Shown here: positions 1-10,730 of the stretch, one piece after another
How the letters are laid out: each line of letters opens with the position of its first letter
How positions within the stretch are numbered: position 1 is the stretch's first letter
Assembly (NCBI GenBank): GCA_965219095.1
Contig: CBDCMT010000001.1
Span: 608,001-672,000 of the forward strand
Length of the DNA stretch: 64,000 nucleotides
DNA from: Bdellovibrionales bacterium
GTDB taxonomy: Bacteria; Bdellovibrionota; Bdellovibrionia; Bdellovibrionales; UBA1609
Direction of reading: 5' to 3'
Notes under the pieces: generated by a model
The model's input: the letters and a program-made list of their open reading frames with translations, nothing else
What the model was told of the DNA's origin: nothing
The model's database searches: none
Translations under genes and position numbers: made by a program

Positions 1-330
1 GAAATTAGAAAGAGGCTTCAAATTTTTGTTCATAAAATCTATTTGTTCTTCTAATGCCTCAATAAAGGTTTCCTTTAGTAAAGGGAGTTTGTTTTTTAAA
101 GATTCTTTATTACAGGCAAGATGACTTCCTATATTAAACAAAGCACTTTGTATTTCAATAAGATTTTCCTTTATGTTCTTGTCTTGCAAAGAGGACCTTA
201 AAACACCTATATGAGAATTTAATTCATCAATGGCTCCATAAGCCTTTAAACGTAAATGAGATTTTAAAACTCTTTCTCCTCCTAAAAGAGAGGTCTTTCC
301 TGAATCACCCTTTTTTGTATAGATTTTCAT
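1..330 (-). CDS. PduO-type ATP:cob(I)alamin adenosyltransferase (runs off the window start; absent from the ORF track)
   Basis: Manual translation from ATG at 330: MKIYTKKGDSGKTSLLGGERVLKSHLRLKAYGAIDELNS, the family N-terminal signature. Confidence 0.9.
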   Translation of the reverse strand, partial: MKIYTKKGDSGKTSLLGGERVLKSHLRLKAYGAIDELNSHIGVLRSSLQDKNIKENLIEIQSALFNIGSHLACNKESLKNKLPLLKETFIEALEEQIDFMNKNLKPLSNF

Positions 331-470
331 AAAAAGAAAGTATCACTAAGGTGAGTTGATAAGCAAATGTAAAGTGTTTTTAAGTAGACAGATGTAAGTT
401 TTTTGCACAACGTCATTGAATGTGGGTCGCTTGTACTCTCATAAGAAATACACTAGTTTTTAGGATTGAA

Positions 471-1265
471 ATGAAACCTTTAATGGCCTCGATTGCTCAT
501 TCAGGAGAAGAGGTATCGCCTCTAGCTACTTGGCTTAAAGATCAACCTGAAGAGGTACTGCTTTGTGATCTTGATCGTTTTGTAGATAAACTTTATGAGC
601 CGGTTTTAAAAAATTTAAACCTTCCAACGATAAGAACTTCTTGGAGTCGTTACAATATGGATTGTAATCGTAGACCTGATGACTTAGATTCTAGAGCTGT
701 GGAAATAGAGGGGGCAAAAAGAACATCAGATTATGGTTTTGGACTTTATTGGCTTACGACTACAAAAGGTCACCCTTTGATAAAAAAACCTATCAGTGAA
801 AAAGAGCATAAAGCTCTTTTTGAGCTTTGTTACAAACCTTTTCATAAGAAAATAGAAGAAACAATAGAAAAAATGAAACAAGATTTTAAAGAGGTCTATC
901 ATGTAGACTTACATAGCATGCCTTCTCAAGCAACTAAAGTTCATAGTGATACAGGAAAGATGAGACCTGAGGTCACAATCAGTAACAACAAAGGTCTGTC
1001 TTGTTGTGAGTTTTTTACTGAACTTGTTGTGAAATCTTATAAAGACGTAGGGTTTGAGGTCTCTTTAAATTGGCCTTATGAAGGGGGAGGGATGACTACT
1101 TTATATGGAAAGCCTCAAAAAAATCAACATACTTTACAGATAGAGTTGAATCGAAAGCTTTATATGGATGAAACAACAAAAAAGCCACTTAAAGGTGAAT
1201 TTGAGAGAATACAAGAACGATTAAGCCAAGCTCTTACCAAAATTTACAGAGGGCTTTCTTTATGA
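471..1265 (+). CDS. N-formylglutamate amidohydrolase family protein
   Basis: HSG, SRxxxDxNR, DLHSM and QIELNRKLY motifs; ATG 471 is a more plausible start than 420. Confidence 0.85.
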   Translation: MKPLMASIAHSGEEVSPLATWLKDQPEEVLLCDLDRFVDKLYEPVLKNLNLPTIRTSWSRYNMDCNRRPDDLDSRAVEIEGAKRTSDYGFGLYWLTTTKGHPLIKKPISEKEHKALFELCYKPFHKKIEETIEKMKQDFKEVYHVDLHSMPSQATKVHSDTGKMRPEVTISNNKGLSCCEFFTELVVKSYKDVGFEVSLNWPYEGGGMTTLYGKPQKNQHTLQIELNRKLYMDETTKKPLKGEFERIQERLSQALTKIYRGLSL

Positions 1266-2587
1266 AAAGGCATGTACTACTTTTAATGCTTCCCCTCTCT
1301 TTCATAGAAGCTCGTGTTGTTTCTCTTAGTCAACTTATAGATCAGTTCTTTAAAAATAACTCTCAGCTTATGGCTTTAAAAGAATCTAAAAAAATTGCTG
1401 AATCTCAATATAAAAAATCTCTTTCTTCTTTCTTTCCTAAAATTGATTTAAACACGTCCTATACTAAAACCACAAATTCTTCTCCAATTCCTCCCTCATT
1501 CGAAATACAAAAAAATACAAACACTACGTACAATGGCCATATACAACTCACTCAGCCTCTTTTTCTAGGAGGAAAGCTTTTATCCTCTAAGAAATTAGCT
1601 CAAGCAGGAAAATATACGGCCTATCAAACTTACGAAAAACAAAAACAAACTCTTTTGGTTCAGCTTTTGATGACTGCTTATAACTTAGCTTTTCTCAAAG
1701 AACAAGAAAAAGTTCTGCTTGCTTCTCAAAAGTACTACTCTCGTCTTGTTGATTTAAACCAAAAAAAATTAAAATCAGGTAATGCCCTTTCTTACGAATA
1801 TTATCAATCAAGAGCAGAGCTTTACTCTTATAATTCAAGACTGAAATCTTTAGCTCAAAAAAAAAGGCTTAACCATAGCATTTTAAAAAGCCTTTTAGAA
1901 ACAGAAAACTTAAACCCTGTAAAAATACCTCTTCCCACCGGTTTTCTAGAAGATAAAATAGAAGAATTCTTAAAGATTCCAGAAAAGAAACTTTTGGATC
2001 AGGCTATAAAAAAAAATAGAGATTTTCTTTTAGCCAAGAAAAAGGTTCAGATATTAAGACTTCAAAGGTCTTTAGCTCTTTCGAGCCATCTACCTTCTCT
2101 TACGTTCTCTTACCAATATGGATATTTCTCTTTTCCTCAATCTAGAGGTTTAGATAAAAGACCTCGCACTTCTCAATGGATCTTCTCTTTAAGGATTCCA
2201 CTTTTTTCGGGACTTAGTTTTTTGCAGGAAAAAAAGATCCAAAGTGGACGTTTTTTTGTGGCTCAAAAAAAATTAAGACATCAAATTCTAGCTCTTCCTC
2301 CTAGGATTAAGGAGCAACATCAAAACCTAAAAGAAGCCTCCCATATTTTACAGGAAAATAGAAAATGGGTGGCTTCAGCTAAAAAGGCACATAAAAACGC
2401 AGAAAAACACTTCCGTAGCGGCCGTATTGGCACTGTCCAGATGGTCCAAGTACAAAGCTTAAAAGAAAGGGCTCTTTTAAGCTACTTACAATCCCTAGAA
2501 AATCTTTACAGACAACTTATGAAGCTTCAAATGTCTTTAGGTTATAAATTGGAAGAAATTTATGCTGGAAAACAGTATGAAAAATAG
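1262..2587 (+). CDS. TolC-family outer membrane efflux protein
   Basis: Signal peptide; FFPKIDL, LTQPLFLGG, LPSLTF and LRIPLFSG repeats typical of OEP domains. Confidence 0.85.
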   Translation: MKRHVLLLMLPLSFIEARVVSLSQLIDQFFKNNSQLMALKESKKIAESQYKKSLSSFFPKIDLNTSYTKTTNSSPIPPSFEIQKNTNTTYNGHIQLTQPLFLGGKLLSSKKLAQAGKYTAYQTYEKQKQTLLVQLLMTAYNLAFLKEQEKVLLASQKYYSRLVDLNQKKLKSGNALSYEYYQSRAELYSYNSRLKSLAQKKRLNHSILKSLLETENLNPVKIPLPTGFLEDKIEEFLKIPEKKLLDQAIKKNRDFLLAKKKVQILRLQRSLALSSHLPSLTFSYQYGYFSFPQSRGLDKRPRTSQWIFSLRIPLFSGLSFLQEKKIQSGRFFVAQKKLRHQILALPPRIKEQHQNLKEASHILQENRKWVASAKKAHKNAEKHFRSGRIGTVQMVQVQSLKERALLSYLQSLENLYRQLMKLQMSLGYKLEEIYAGKQYEK

Positions 2588-4117
2588 ATTTTTCTTAGGA
2601 AACTATAATTTTTTTTTTGGTTTATTTACTGTCTTATAGGATTAGGAACGTCTGTTTGCGTATGGTCTTTTCTTATCATCTCTGAAGAGTTGATTTCATC
2701 CGGTGATTTTATTTATATTCTTATAGGTCTTTTTTTACTTGTCCTTTTTTTGAAAATTCCTAGGAAGTACAACAAACGTTTGGCTTCCTTAAAAATAGCT
2801 GTTTTAACTTTTGTTTTAGTGTCTTTGGTTTTATCTATAGGAACTTTTGTGGAAAGCTTTTACGGTTCTCTTTATGCTCAAAAGAAAATCTACCACTCTC
2901 TTTGGGCTCTATCTATATGGGGTTTTTTAAGTTTAGTTTTGATTGCAGTTATGAGAGACAGGTTTCCATGGAGAAAAAGACACATTTCTTTTTTAACAGC
3001 CCATGTAGGACTTTTAATGATCTTTTTAGGCTCTCTTGTAACACAGAAGTATGGGGTTGATGGCTCATTGGCTTTAGAACTCAAAGACGAGAAACAAAAG
3101 TGGATTTACTTAAAAGACAGAGAGCTTTCTGTTTATGCTTCTTTAGATGGCCAAAATTTAAGAGAGATCAAAAAACAAAGTGTCGATTTTATAGGGAAAA
3201 AAACTAAGCTTAAGTGGAATATAGGCTCTTATGAACTAGAAGTTTTAGATTACATCCACCATACAAGAAGAGATTCTAAGATAAGAGAAAGTACTGATCA
3301 AAGGGCCTTGCCTGCTTTACAATTTGAACTGAGAAATGAAAACACTCATGTTGTACCTTGGATTCTTTTAGAGAGGAAAAAAGGTTTCAAAACAATAGAT
3401 TTAGGTCCTGCGAAAATAACTTTTTGTTCTCAAAACTATGATAAGAAAATCTCCTTAGGGAAAAAACCACATCTTCTTCTAAGACCTTCTAACAAAAATC
3501 AAATACATTATGAACTATATAAAGGTGATTTGAAAAAAAAAGGTCACTTGCGGAAAGGGAGTATAATTACAACAGGGTGGATGAATTTAAAATTAAGACT
3601 TATAAATTATTATCCTCACGCTGAGGAAGTTGTTTTTTATGATCCTATAAAGTTTGAATCCAAAAGTCCTCTGTCAGCTATCAAATTGAGTTTCGATAAC
3701 AAAATTCACTGGCTGGGTCTTAATTCTGTTTTGAAAATTTTTACAGATAGCGAGTTGTTTTTTATTGTCTACGGAATAAAGAAAATGCCTTTAAAGTTTG
3801 ACATAAAGCTAGAACAATTTATTATAAAAAACTACCCCGGCTCCCAAAAAGCTGCAAGTTATGAAAGCCTTGTGAAAGTCAAAGAACTTCAAAAATTATC
3901 TCGTATTTACATGAATCATCCCTTAAAACACAAGGGCTTTACTTTTTATCAAGCAAGTTTTGAAAAAAACAAAGAGGGGGATCTTGTGAACTCAATTTTA
4001 TCTGTAAATTCAGATCCAGGAAGATGGCTTAAGTATTATGGTTCTTTTTTAGTGATTTTGGGAAGCTTTCTTCTTTTTTACTTTAGGAAGACTTTTTTTA
4101 AAAGGAAGGCACCTTGA
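2577..4117 (+). CDS. ResB/Ccs1-like cytochrome c biogenesis protein (5' part out of frame at a T10 run; track start 2690)
   Basis: GTFVES..YG, H-containing TM (FLTAHVGLL), MNHPLKHKGFTFYQASF, VNSDPG; ATG 2577 overlaps the TolC stop. Confidence 0.8.
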
Positions 4118-4137
4118 AAACAGAAATGTACACAGCA

Positions 4138-4351
4138 TGAAAAAAAGGGAAAAACCCTTTGAGGCCTTAAAAACCAGGCCAGCTAAAGGGTTTAGAATTT
4201 GTCTCGAGAAGCTCACTCCTTCTGCAAGTACTTTAGGGTCACTATCATGGCTTAAACCAGTGACCTGTCTTTTTGATTTACCGTCGAAAAAAGATTTAGT
4301 TACACAGATTCAAGGGTATGATTTTCTGGCTACTTATACCAATTACAGAAA
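4138..4351 (+). mobile_element. Mosaic remnant: IS256-type end + IS630-A ORF start + inverted IS630-A right tip
   Basis: 4138-4284 is an inverted near-copy of 61298-61448; 4283-4336 matches the IS630-A 5' coding sequence; TACCAATTACAGAAA is the reverse complement of the IS630-A right end. Confidence 0.8.
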
Positions 4352-4374
4352 CCTACAGGTCAAGATTTTAAATT

Positions 4375-4884
4375 CTATAAATTTAAAAAACTCATCCACT
4401 CTTTTATTTTTTCTAAAACATGGAGATACACAAGAGCCTGTAAAATTAAATTAGAATACAATCCTGCCACAACGTCGTCTATGATAACCCCAAAGGCATT
4501 TTTAAAGTGTCTTTCTAAAAAACGAATTCCCAGGGGTTTAACACTATCAAAATATCTAAAAATAACAAAGCCTAGAATAACATAAAAAACCTCAGAAGGT
4601 ATAAGAAACATAGTCATTAAAAAGCCTATACATTCATCAATTACAATAAAAGTTGAATCGTTAGTCTTTGTTTGTTTTTCATAAAAATGTATTAAAATCA
4701 AAGATAAAATTGTAAGTATCAAAGTAAGTAAAGCATAGGTAAAAAATCCGAATTCATAAAAAAGATAGTAAATAGGCAAAGAAGCCAAAGTTCCACAAAG
4801 TCCACTTCTAGGAAGTTTTCCTACATAACATAAGGAAATAAAAAAATCTCTAAAGATGTTTATCTTAGCCATTAAATTCTCCAT
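4375..4884 (-). CDS. pgpA: Phosphatidylglycerophosphatase A
   Basis: G-x-x-GT, IVIDE, FRYFDxxKP and GVIIDDVVAG motifs. Confidence 0.9.
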   Translation of the reverse strand: MENLMAKINIFRDFFISLCYVGKLPRSGLCGTLASLPIYYLFYEFGFFTYALLTLILTILSLILIHFYEKQTKTNDSTFIVIDECIGFLMTMFLIPSEVFYVILGFVIFRYFDSVKPLGIRFLERHFKNAFGVIIDDVVAGLYSNLILQALVYLHVLEKIKEWMSFLNL

Positions 4885-4921
4885 AACAGCTTCTTAAGTT
4901 TAAAAGAAAAATAGATGAATG

Positions 4922-5952
4922 TAATACCATTTCCAAAAATTAATTCGACATTTTTTTAACGCATAGCGTCCTGGATTTTTAATCAAACTCTGTTAAATTT
5001 TTAGAGTGTTTATCAAAAAGTATGTCAAGAAAAAACACTTCTTCATTTACAAAAAATATCAATTCAAGAACTATCGGATCACAAGGAGATTCAAGATGCT
5101 GTTCATAACTATATGAAGCATAGAATTCTTGACGTAATCTACTGGATATTTAATGACGAAGTCACTAAGCTCTGTGGTCCACTATACGATCGAGAGGAAG
5201 AATGCATGCGAAATGGAAGCGATCCTGGGTCTGTTTATGCTCAAGGACAAAGAGTTTCGAATTCGAAAGCCCAGAGTTAAAAAAGACGGAAAAGATGTCA
5301 AACTGCGAACATACTCTGCTTTGAGAAACTACGATATTTTCACTGAAAAGATTCAGAACCACCTTCTCCATGGAGTTCAACAAGGGGTGAACTTCCCCTG
5401 TTTCTGCGGACAGTCAATTTTCTCTTAAAGTCTCCATAAAATGGAGGTAAAAGAAAGACATCAAGAGTTTCGCATTCGTTGGAAAAGACTTCATGGTTCA
5501 GTAGATTATGAATCGGCTTTGAAAGAGCATGAGGAGTTAGTTTGTTGGTTGAAACAGATCAACCATTCAGCTTTAGAATCTCTTGAAGAAGCTTGTAAGG
5601 AGACTTTGACTGTGATTCGTCTTAAAGCTACCATCTCCTTAAAAAAGACTTTACTGTCTACAAATCCTATAGAGTCCATGTTTTCCTACACAAGGTATAG
5701 GACAGGGAGAGTTAAGAACTGGAAGAGAGGAGCAGACCAAGTGAGTCGTTGGGCTGCTGTTACTCTCTTTGATGCTGAGAAAAGATTTAAACGAATCAGA
5801 GACTTTATGTATTTAAAAAACTTTAAAGAAAACTTAACCTCCCCTCAAAAAAAGTTTTTTTAAAATCTCCTAACTGAAGCTTTTCCTTAAGTCAATTTTA
5901 AAATTTTAAATTTGAACATAAAAATGTCTAATTAATTTCTGTAATTGGTATA
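4922..5952 (+). mobile_element. Collapsed composite: IS630-A ends enclosing IS256-family transposase fragments and an IS3 left end
   Basis: IS630-A terminal repeats with TA at both ends; RKPRV and STNPIESMFS...RVKNW...RWAA fragments; IS3 left end at about 5388-5460. Confidence 0.85.
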
Positions 5953-6245
5953 AATAGAAACATGTAGATTAGCGAACCAAACCACTCAAACTAATGGCGT
6001 AACAAGAAAAGAGTTCTAAAAGAGCTTGTAAACAGTTAGAATTTTGATTTTCCTCACACAAAACTCTAGACCTGAAAAGGTCCACAAAAGTAAAATAGCC
6101 ACAATCCTAAAAAGATCTTGCTATTTTTCTTGATTCTCAGGACCATGTGAATTATTAATCTTCTTAAGAAAATGAAAGACAAAGAGCAGGCAAGGGATCT
6201 CTTTTTAAGTTCCCAAAAAAGGGTTAAAAAAACAGGAAGGTTTTA

Positions 6246-8417
6246 ATGTTGTCTTTAAGATTAAAAGTAAAAGGTATGAGTTGTACAAGCTGTGCTAAAA
6301 ACATAGAAAGAAACACAAGGCAAATAAAAAGTGTAAAGACTTCTTACGTTAATTTTTCAACAGAAAGTGCTTATTTTGAGTTTTCTCGAAAAGAGGATGA
6401 AAGAAAAATCAAGCAAAAGATAAAAGAACTTGGTTTCTCTTATTCCGAGAGTTCACTCTCTTCAAAAACAGAAGAGGAGGAGGGTGAGAAAGGTTTAAAG
6501 GTAGCTTTTTTAGCTTTTATTTTAGCTCTCATTATTTTTACCCTCTCTATGGATCCTTTAAAAAAATGGCCACACCCTCTGATAAACTGGTATATACAAC
6601 TAATCTTAGCTACACCCCTTTGGGCCTTTATAGGTTATAAATTTCAAAAAGCACTTTTTTTATTTTTTATAAAGGGCCAATCCAATATGAACACTCTCAT
6701 AGGTTTAGGAACAAGCTCAGCTTACCTTTATAGTGCTTTTGTTGTTTTATTTTCTGATTTATCTTTTTCTTTAGGCTTAGCACAAAAAGTTTACTTTGAA
6801 GCTGTAGGTTTTATCATTTCCTTTGTCCTTTTAGGCCAATACTTAGAAAACAAAGCTAAGAAAAAGACGAAAAAAGCCCTCAATTCTTTAGTGGCCTTAA
6901 GCGCCAAAAAAGCTTGTCTTATAAAAAGCAAAACTCTTCAAGAAGTGGATGTTGAAAAGGTTAAAGTTAATGACATCATTCTTGTTAAGCCAGGAGGGAA
7001 ATTTCCTGTAGACGGAATCATTGAAAAGGGCTTTTCTGTAATTGATGAATCCATGTTAACAGGTGAGTCAAAGCCTGTAAAAAAATCTGTAGGACAAAAA
7101 ATTTATGCAGGGACTATTAATGAAACAAATTCTCTCTACTATAAAGCTACAAAAGTAGGAGAGAATACTTTCTTGGCTCAAATGATTGAGTTTGTAGAAA
7201 GAGCACAAAGCACTAAACCTAAAATAGAGAGGTATGCTGATAAAATCAGTTCTTTTTTAACTCCTTTGATTATGGTTTTAGCTTTTATTACATTTATTGT
7301 GTGGTTTTTTATACTTGGTCAAAGCCACTCTGCTATTTCGAATTTTATAGCAGTTCTTGTGGTCGCTTGTCCATGTGCCCTAGGTCTTGCAACCCCTACA
7401 GCTGTTGCTATAGCTATAACAGGGGCTTCTCTTAAAGGTCTTTTGATCAAAGGCGGAGAGGTTTTAGAAAAAAGTGCAAAAATAAAAAATTTTGTTTTTG
7501 ATAAAACAAACACTCTAACAGAGGGAAAGGCTTCCGTTGTAGAGTTCATAGGCTCGCAAGATCCTAAGTTCTTAGAAGAGATAGCTTCTCTTTCAGCCCT
7601 TTCAGAACATCCCCTTTCAAAAGCTATTCATTCATATACGAAAAGAAATGACTTTAAGCTTAAACAAGTAGAAACGTTTGAAGTTCAAAAATCCAAAGGC
7701 TTTATAGCTTGCTTTCAATCTAAAAAATATCTTATAGGAAGCAAAAAGCTTCTCGAAGATCATAAAATTAAAATAAATAAAAATCTTGTCTCAAAAGACA
7801 ATGGAATAGGAACTTATGTTCATGTGGCTGTTAACAAAGAACACAAAGCTCTCTTTATTATAAAAGACAAACTAAGGAAAGAGGCACAACATCTTATAGA
7901 GCAATTAAAAAACAAAGGTATAAAAACTCATATGCTCACAGGGGATAACAGAGACATAGCAAAAGATCTAGCTTGCAAACTAGGGATTGATGAAGTTAAA
8001 GCTGAAGCTATGACTTTAGAAAAAGCACAATACATCAAAAACTTACAAGACAAAAACCAGTTTGTAGCTATGTTAGGGGATGGCATCAATGACGCTCCCT
8101 CTTTAGCTCAAGCCGATCTGTCCTTAGCTATGGGATCAGGGACTGATGTCGCTATAGCTGCATCTGATGTGACTCTTGTTCACTCCCAACTTTCTAAAGT
8201 TCTTGATTTTCTCAATTTATCACAATTTACAATGAAAGTGATCAAACAAAATCTTTTTTTCTCTTTTATCTATAACTTTACTCTCATTCCTTTTGCTTCA
8301 GGTCTTTTTACTCTCTTCAATGGTCCTACCCTCACTCCCTCTCTTGCAAGTCTTGCTATGGCTCTCAGCAGTCTTTGTGTTGTCTCCAATAGTTTAAGAA
8401 TAAGAAAGTTCATTTGA
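6246..8417 (+). CDS. copA: Cu(I)-type P1B heavy-metal ATPase
   Basis: N-terminal GMSCTSC, TGES, CPC, DKTNT (variant), SEHP, TGDN, GDGINDAP, YN and MALSS. Confidence 0.9.
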   Translation: MLSLRLKVKGMSCTSCAKNIERNTRQIKSVKTSYVNFSTESAYFEFSRKEDERKIKQKIKELGFSYSESSLSSKTEEEEGEKGLKVAFLAFILALIIFTLSMDPLKKWPHPLINWYIQLILATPLWAFIGYKFQKALFLFFIKGQSNMNTLIGLGTSSAYLYSAFVVLFSDLSFSLGLAQKVYFEAVGFIISFVLLGQYLENKAKKKTKKALNSLVALSAKKACLIKSKTLQEVDVEKVKVNDIILVKPGGKFPVDGIIEKGFSVIDESMLTGESKPVKKSVGQKIYAGTINETNSLYYKATKVGENTFLAQMIEFVERAQSTKPKIERYADKISSFLTPLIMVLAFITFIVWFFILGQSHSAISNFIAVLVVACPCALGLATPTAVAIAITGASLKGLLIKGGEVLEKSAKIKNFVFDKTNTLTEGKASVVEFIGSQDPKFLEEIASLSALSEHPLSKAIHSYTKRNDFKLKQVETFEVQKSKGFIACFQSKKYLIGSKKLLEDHKIKINKNLVSKDNGIGTYVHVAVNKEHKALFIIKDKLRKEAQHLIEQLKNKGIKTHMLTGDNRDIAKDLACKLGIDEVKAEAMTLEKAQYIKNLQDKNQFVAMLGDGINDAPSLAQADLSLAMGSGTDVAIAASDVTLVHSQLSKVLDFLNLSQFTMKVIKQNLFFSFIYNFTLIPFASGLFTLFNGPTLTPSLASLAMALSSLCVVSNSLRIRKFI

Positions 8418-8435
8418 ATTCTCTCTGTAAGCATA

Positions 8436-9851
8436 TAATACCATTTCCAAAAATTAATTCGACATTCTTTTAACTCATTGCGTCCTGGCTTTTTGATAAA
8501 ACTCTGTTAAATTTTTAGAGTCATGTCGAAAAAAGATTTAGTTACACAGATTCAAGGGTATAATTTTCTAGCTACTTACAAAGTAGAAAGAAGTGCCAAC
8601 ATCAAGACAAAATTATTGGCTTTGCAGCATATGCAAGAAGGAAAATCGATTCAAGAAACAGCAGGTATGGTTTTGTATCACCGTCACAGTATCAAATCTT
8701 GGTTACAGTCTTTTGTAGACTTTGATTACGAGGGATTGATAGATCGAGAAGGCAGAGGACGCAAGCCTCGTTTGCCAGTGACAGAAGAGGAGAACTTCAA
8801 AATCAAGTTAGATGAAATTCAAGACAAAAGAGAGGGAGGAAGCATAGGAGCAAAGGAAATACAGAAACTTTTAGCAGATGAATTTGACTGTTGCTATTCT
8901 CTTTCTGGGGTTTATGTTTCTTTAGACCGCCTTAATATTGTATGGATCAGTGGTCGTTCTCTTCATCCTAAAAGTTCATTAAGAAGCTATGGAACAGTTT
9001 AAGGAACATTTTCCAGAAGAGGTGGAGAAAATAAAGGAAAAGATTCAGACTAATAAAATAGAGATTTGGTGGCAGGATGAATGCAGAATAAGCTCAGCAA
9101 GGTTCTTTGAGTAGGATTTGGGCAAGAAAAGGCACACGGCCTAGAGTTGTGAGGCAAAGACAATTTTTATCCACTTATATTTTTGGAGCAGTTTGTCCGG
9201 ATAGAGATAAAGGCTGTGCTTGGATTTTACCGGAATGTAATTCAGGGATGATGCAAATTCACTTAGATGAGATATCTAAAAATATTCAAGAAAACTATCA
9301 TGGAATTGTTTTAATGGACAGAGCCAGTTGGCATACCACAGAGACTTTGATAGTTCCTAAGAATTTATCCCTGATGCCTTTACCTCCTTATAGTCCAGAA
9401 TTAAATCCCATGGAACAAGTCTGGCAACAATTACGAAGGATCAAATTATCGAATGCATGTTTTAAAAACTATGACCATATACTGAATACTTGTTGTGAGG
9501 CCTGGAATACTTTTTGCGATCAGGAGGGCAGGATTAAAAAATTATGCACTCGATCTTGGACAAAACAACAAGATGAATCAAGCTTGTAAATTAATTTGAA
9601 CCTATAAATTAAATTGTGTAACTGATTTTTGTCATTTTAAATTTTAACCTCACTTTTTTACACTTATTTTAACCCATCAATCGATTTACACAACAAATAG
9701 ATATACCTGAAATAAACTTATCTTATGAAAACTTAAACTCACCTTAAAAGAAGTTTTTTTAAAACCTCCTAACTGAAACTTTTCCTTAAGTCAATTTTAA
9801 AATTTTAAATTTGAACATGAAAATGTCGAATTAATTTCTGTAATTGGTATA
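8436..9851 (+). mobile_element. IS630-A, full length, transposase frameshifted (8523-9002 and 9107-9589)
   Basis: Terminal inverted repeats, TA flanks, near identity to 34866-36275; single-base insertions near 8980 and 9090. Confidence 0.95.
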
Positions 9852-9872
9852 AGACAACATTTTAGGAAAATA

Positions 9873-9920
9873 GCCTCCTCAAAAGAACCTCCGGGAACCC
9901 ACAGATTCTTTTGAGGAGGC
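9873..9920. mobile_element. Two ISL3 right ends fused tail to tail (48 bp)
   Basis: GCCTCCTCAAAAGAA...TTCTTTTGAGGAGGC; both halves match the ISL3 end at 27371. Confidence 0.85.
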
Positions 9921-10602
9921 AAAGATTCAATTCACTCCTTGTTAACTCGGGAGAACTTAAATCACTTAAACTCATAAACCTTTCTTTCTCCATCCTCTTT
10001 GTTAGTAAAACAAGACCACTCCCATCATAGAACAGCCCTTTTAATCTCCTTCTATTAAAACCTAGAAAGAGATAAAGATCTCCTAAGTTGATCTCTCCTT
10101 CCATCTCACTTCTCACCAGATAACTCAACCTTTCAAAACTCCATCGCATGTCTATCTTTTGAGAGTAGACAAAAATACGATAGCCTTCAGATAAAAAAAT
10201 CATAAACTCCTCACTAATTCTAAAATCTCTTCCCAATCTAGACCCTTTAAGACTAAGACCTTCTTATCCTCATATGACTTTTCCTTTTTCAAAGAAACGG
10301 CCTTAAAAAGAGACTTCTTAGGGGAAACTGTTGAAATATAAGACTTCTTCCAGTTATTGATTGTAGAGAGGCTGACTTTTGCTTCTTTACAAAATTTAGA
10401 AACCTTTTCCTCTTTCAAAAAATCTAGAATCTCTCTCTTAAGAGCTTCTGGGTAGCGTATAAGCTTCTTGTTGGAACTCTCCTCTCGACAAAGCTGTATC
10501 TTCTTTTTTAAATTAATCCCTTCTTCCATAAAACCCCTCCTCTTAAGAAAAACTTATAAGAAAAATTTAATCTTGGATAGGGCGGTCATATAACCGAGTT
10601 AC
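9921..10602 (-). mobile_element. IS66-C (multi-ORF type) left part: TnpA-like HTH 10200-10529 and truncated TnpB accessory gene
   Basis: IDMRWSFERL, LYLFLG...RLKGLFYDGSGLVLLTKRME; terminus GTAACTCGG at 10602. Confidence 0.85.
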
Positions 10603-10730
10603 TTTCTAATAGTTTAAGAATAAGAAAAAAGTTCATTTGAACTATTTATTTAAGAAACTAAAATTCAGCTTATACTTTAATTTTTATTTGTACAAAAATA
10701 AAGGTTTTAAAAAAGTCCATCCTCATTTTT

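Noticed and set aside
4137..4454. 105-aa ORF
   Set aside because: Chance read-through across three IS fragments and the pgpA antisense strand
9862..10236. TnpB as an RNA-guided nuclease
   Set aside because: This is the small IS66 accessory TnpB, with no RuvC motifs; unrelated to IS200/IS605 TnpB
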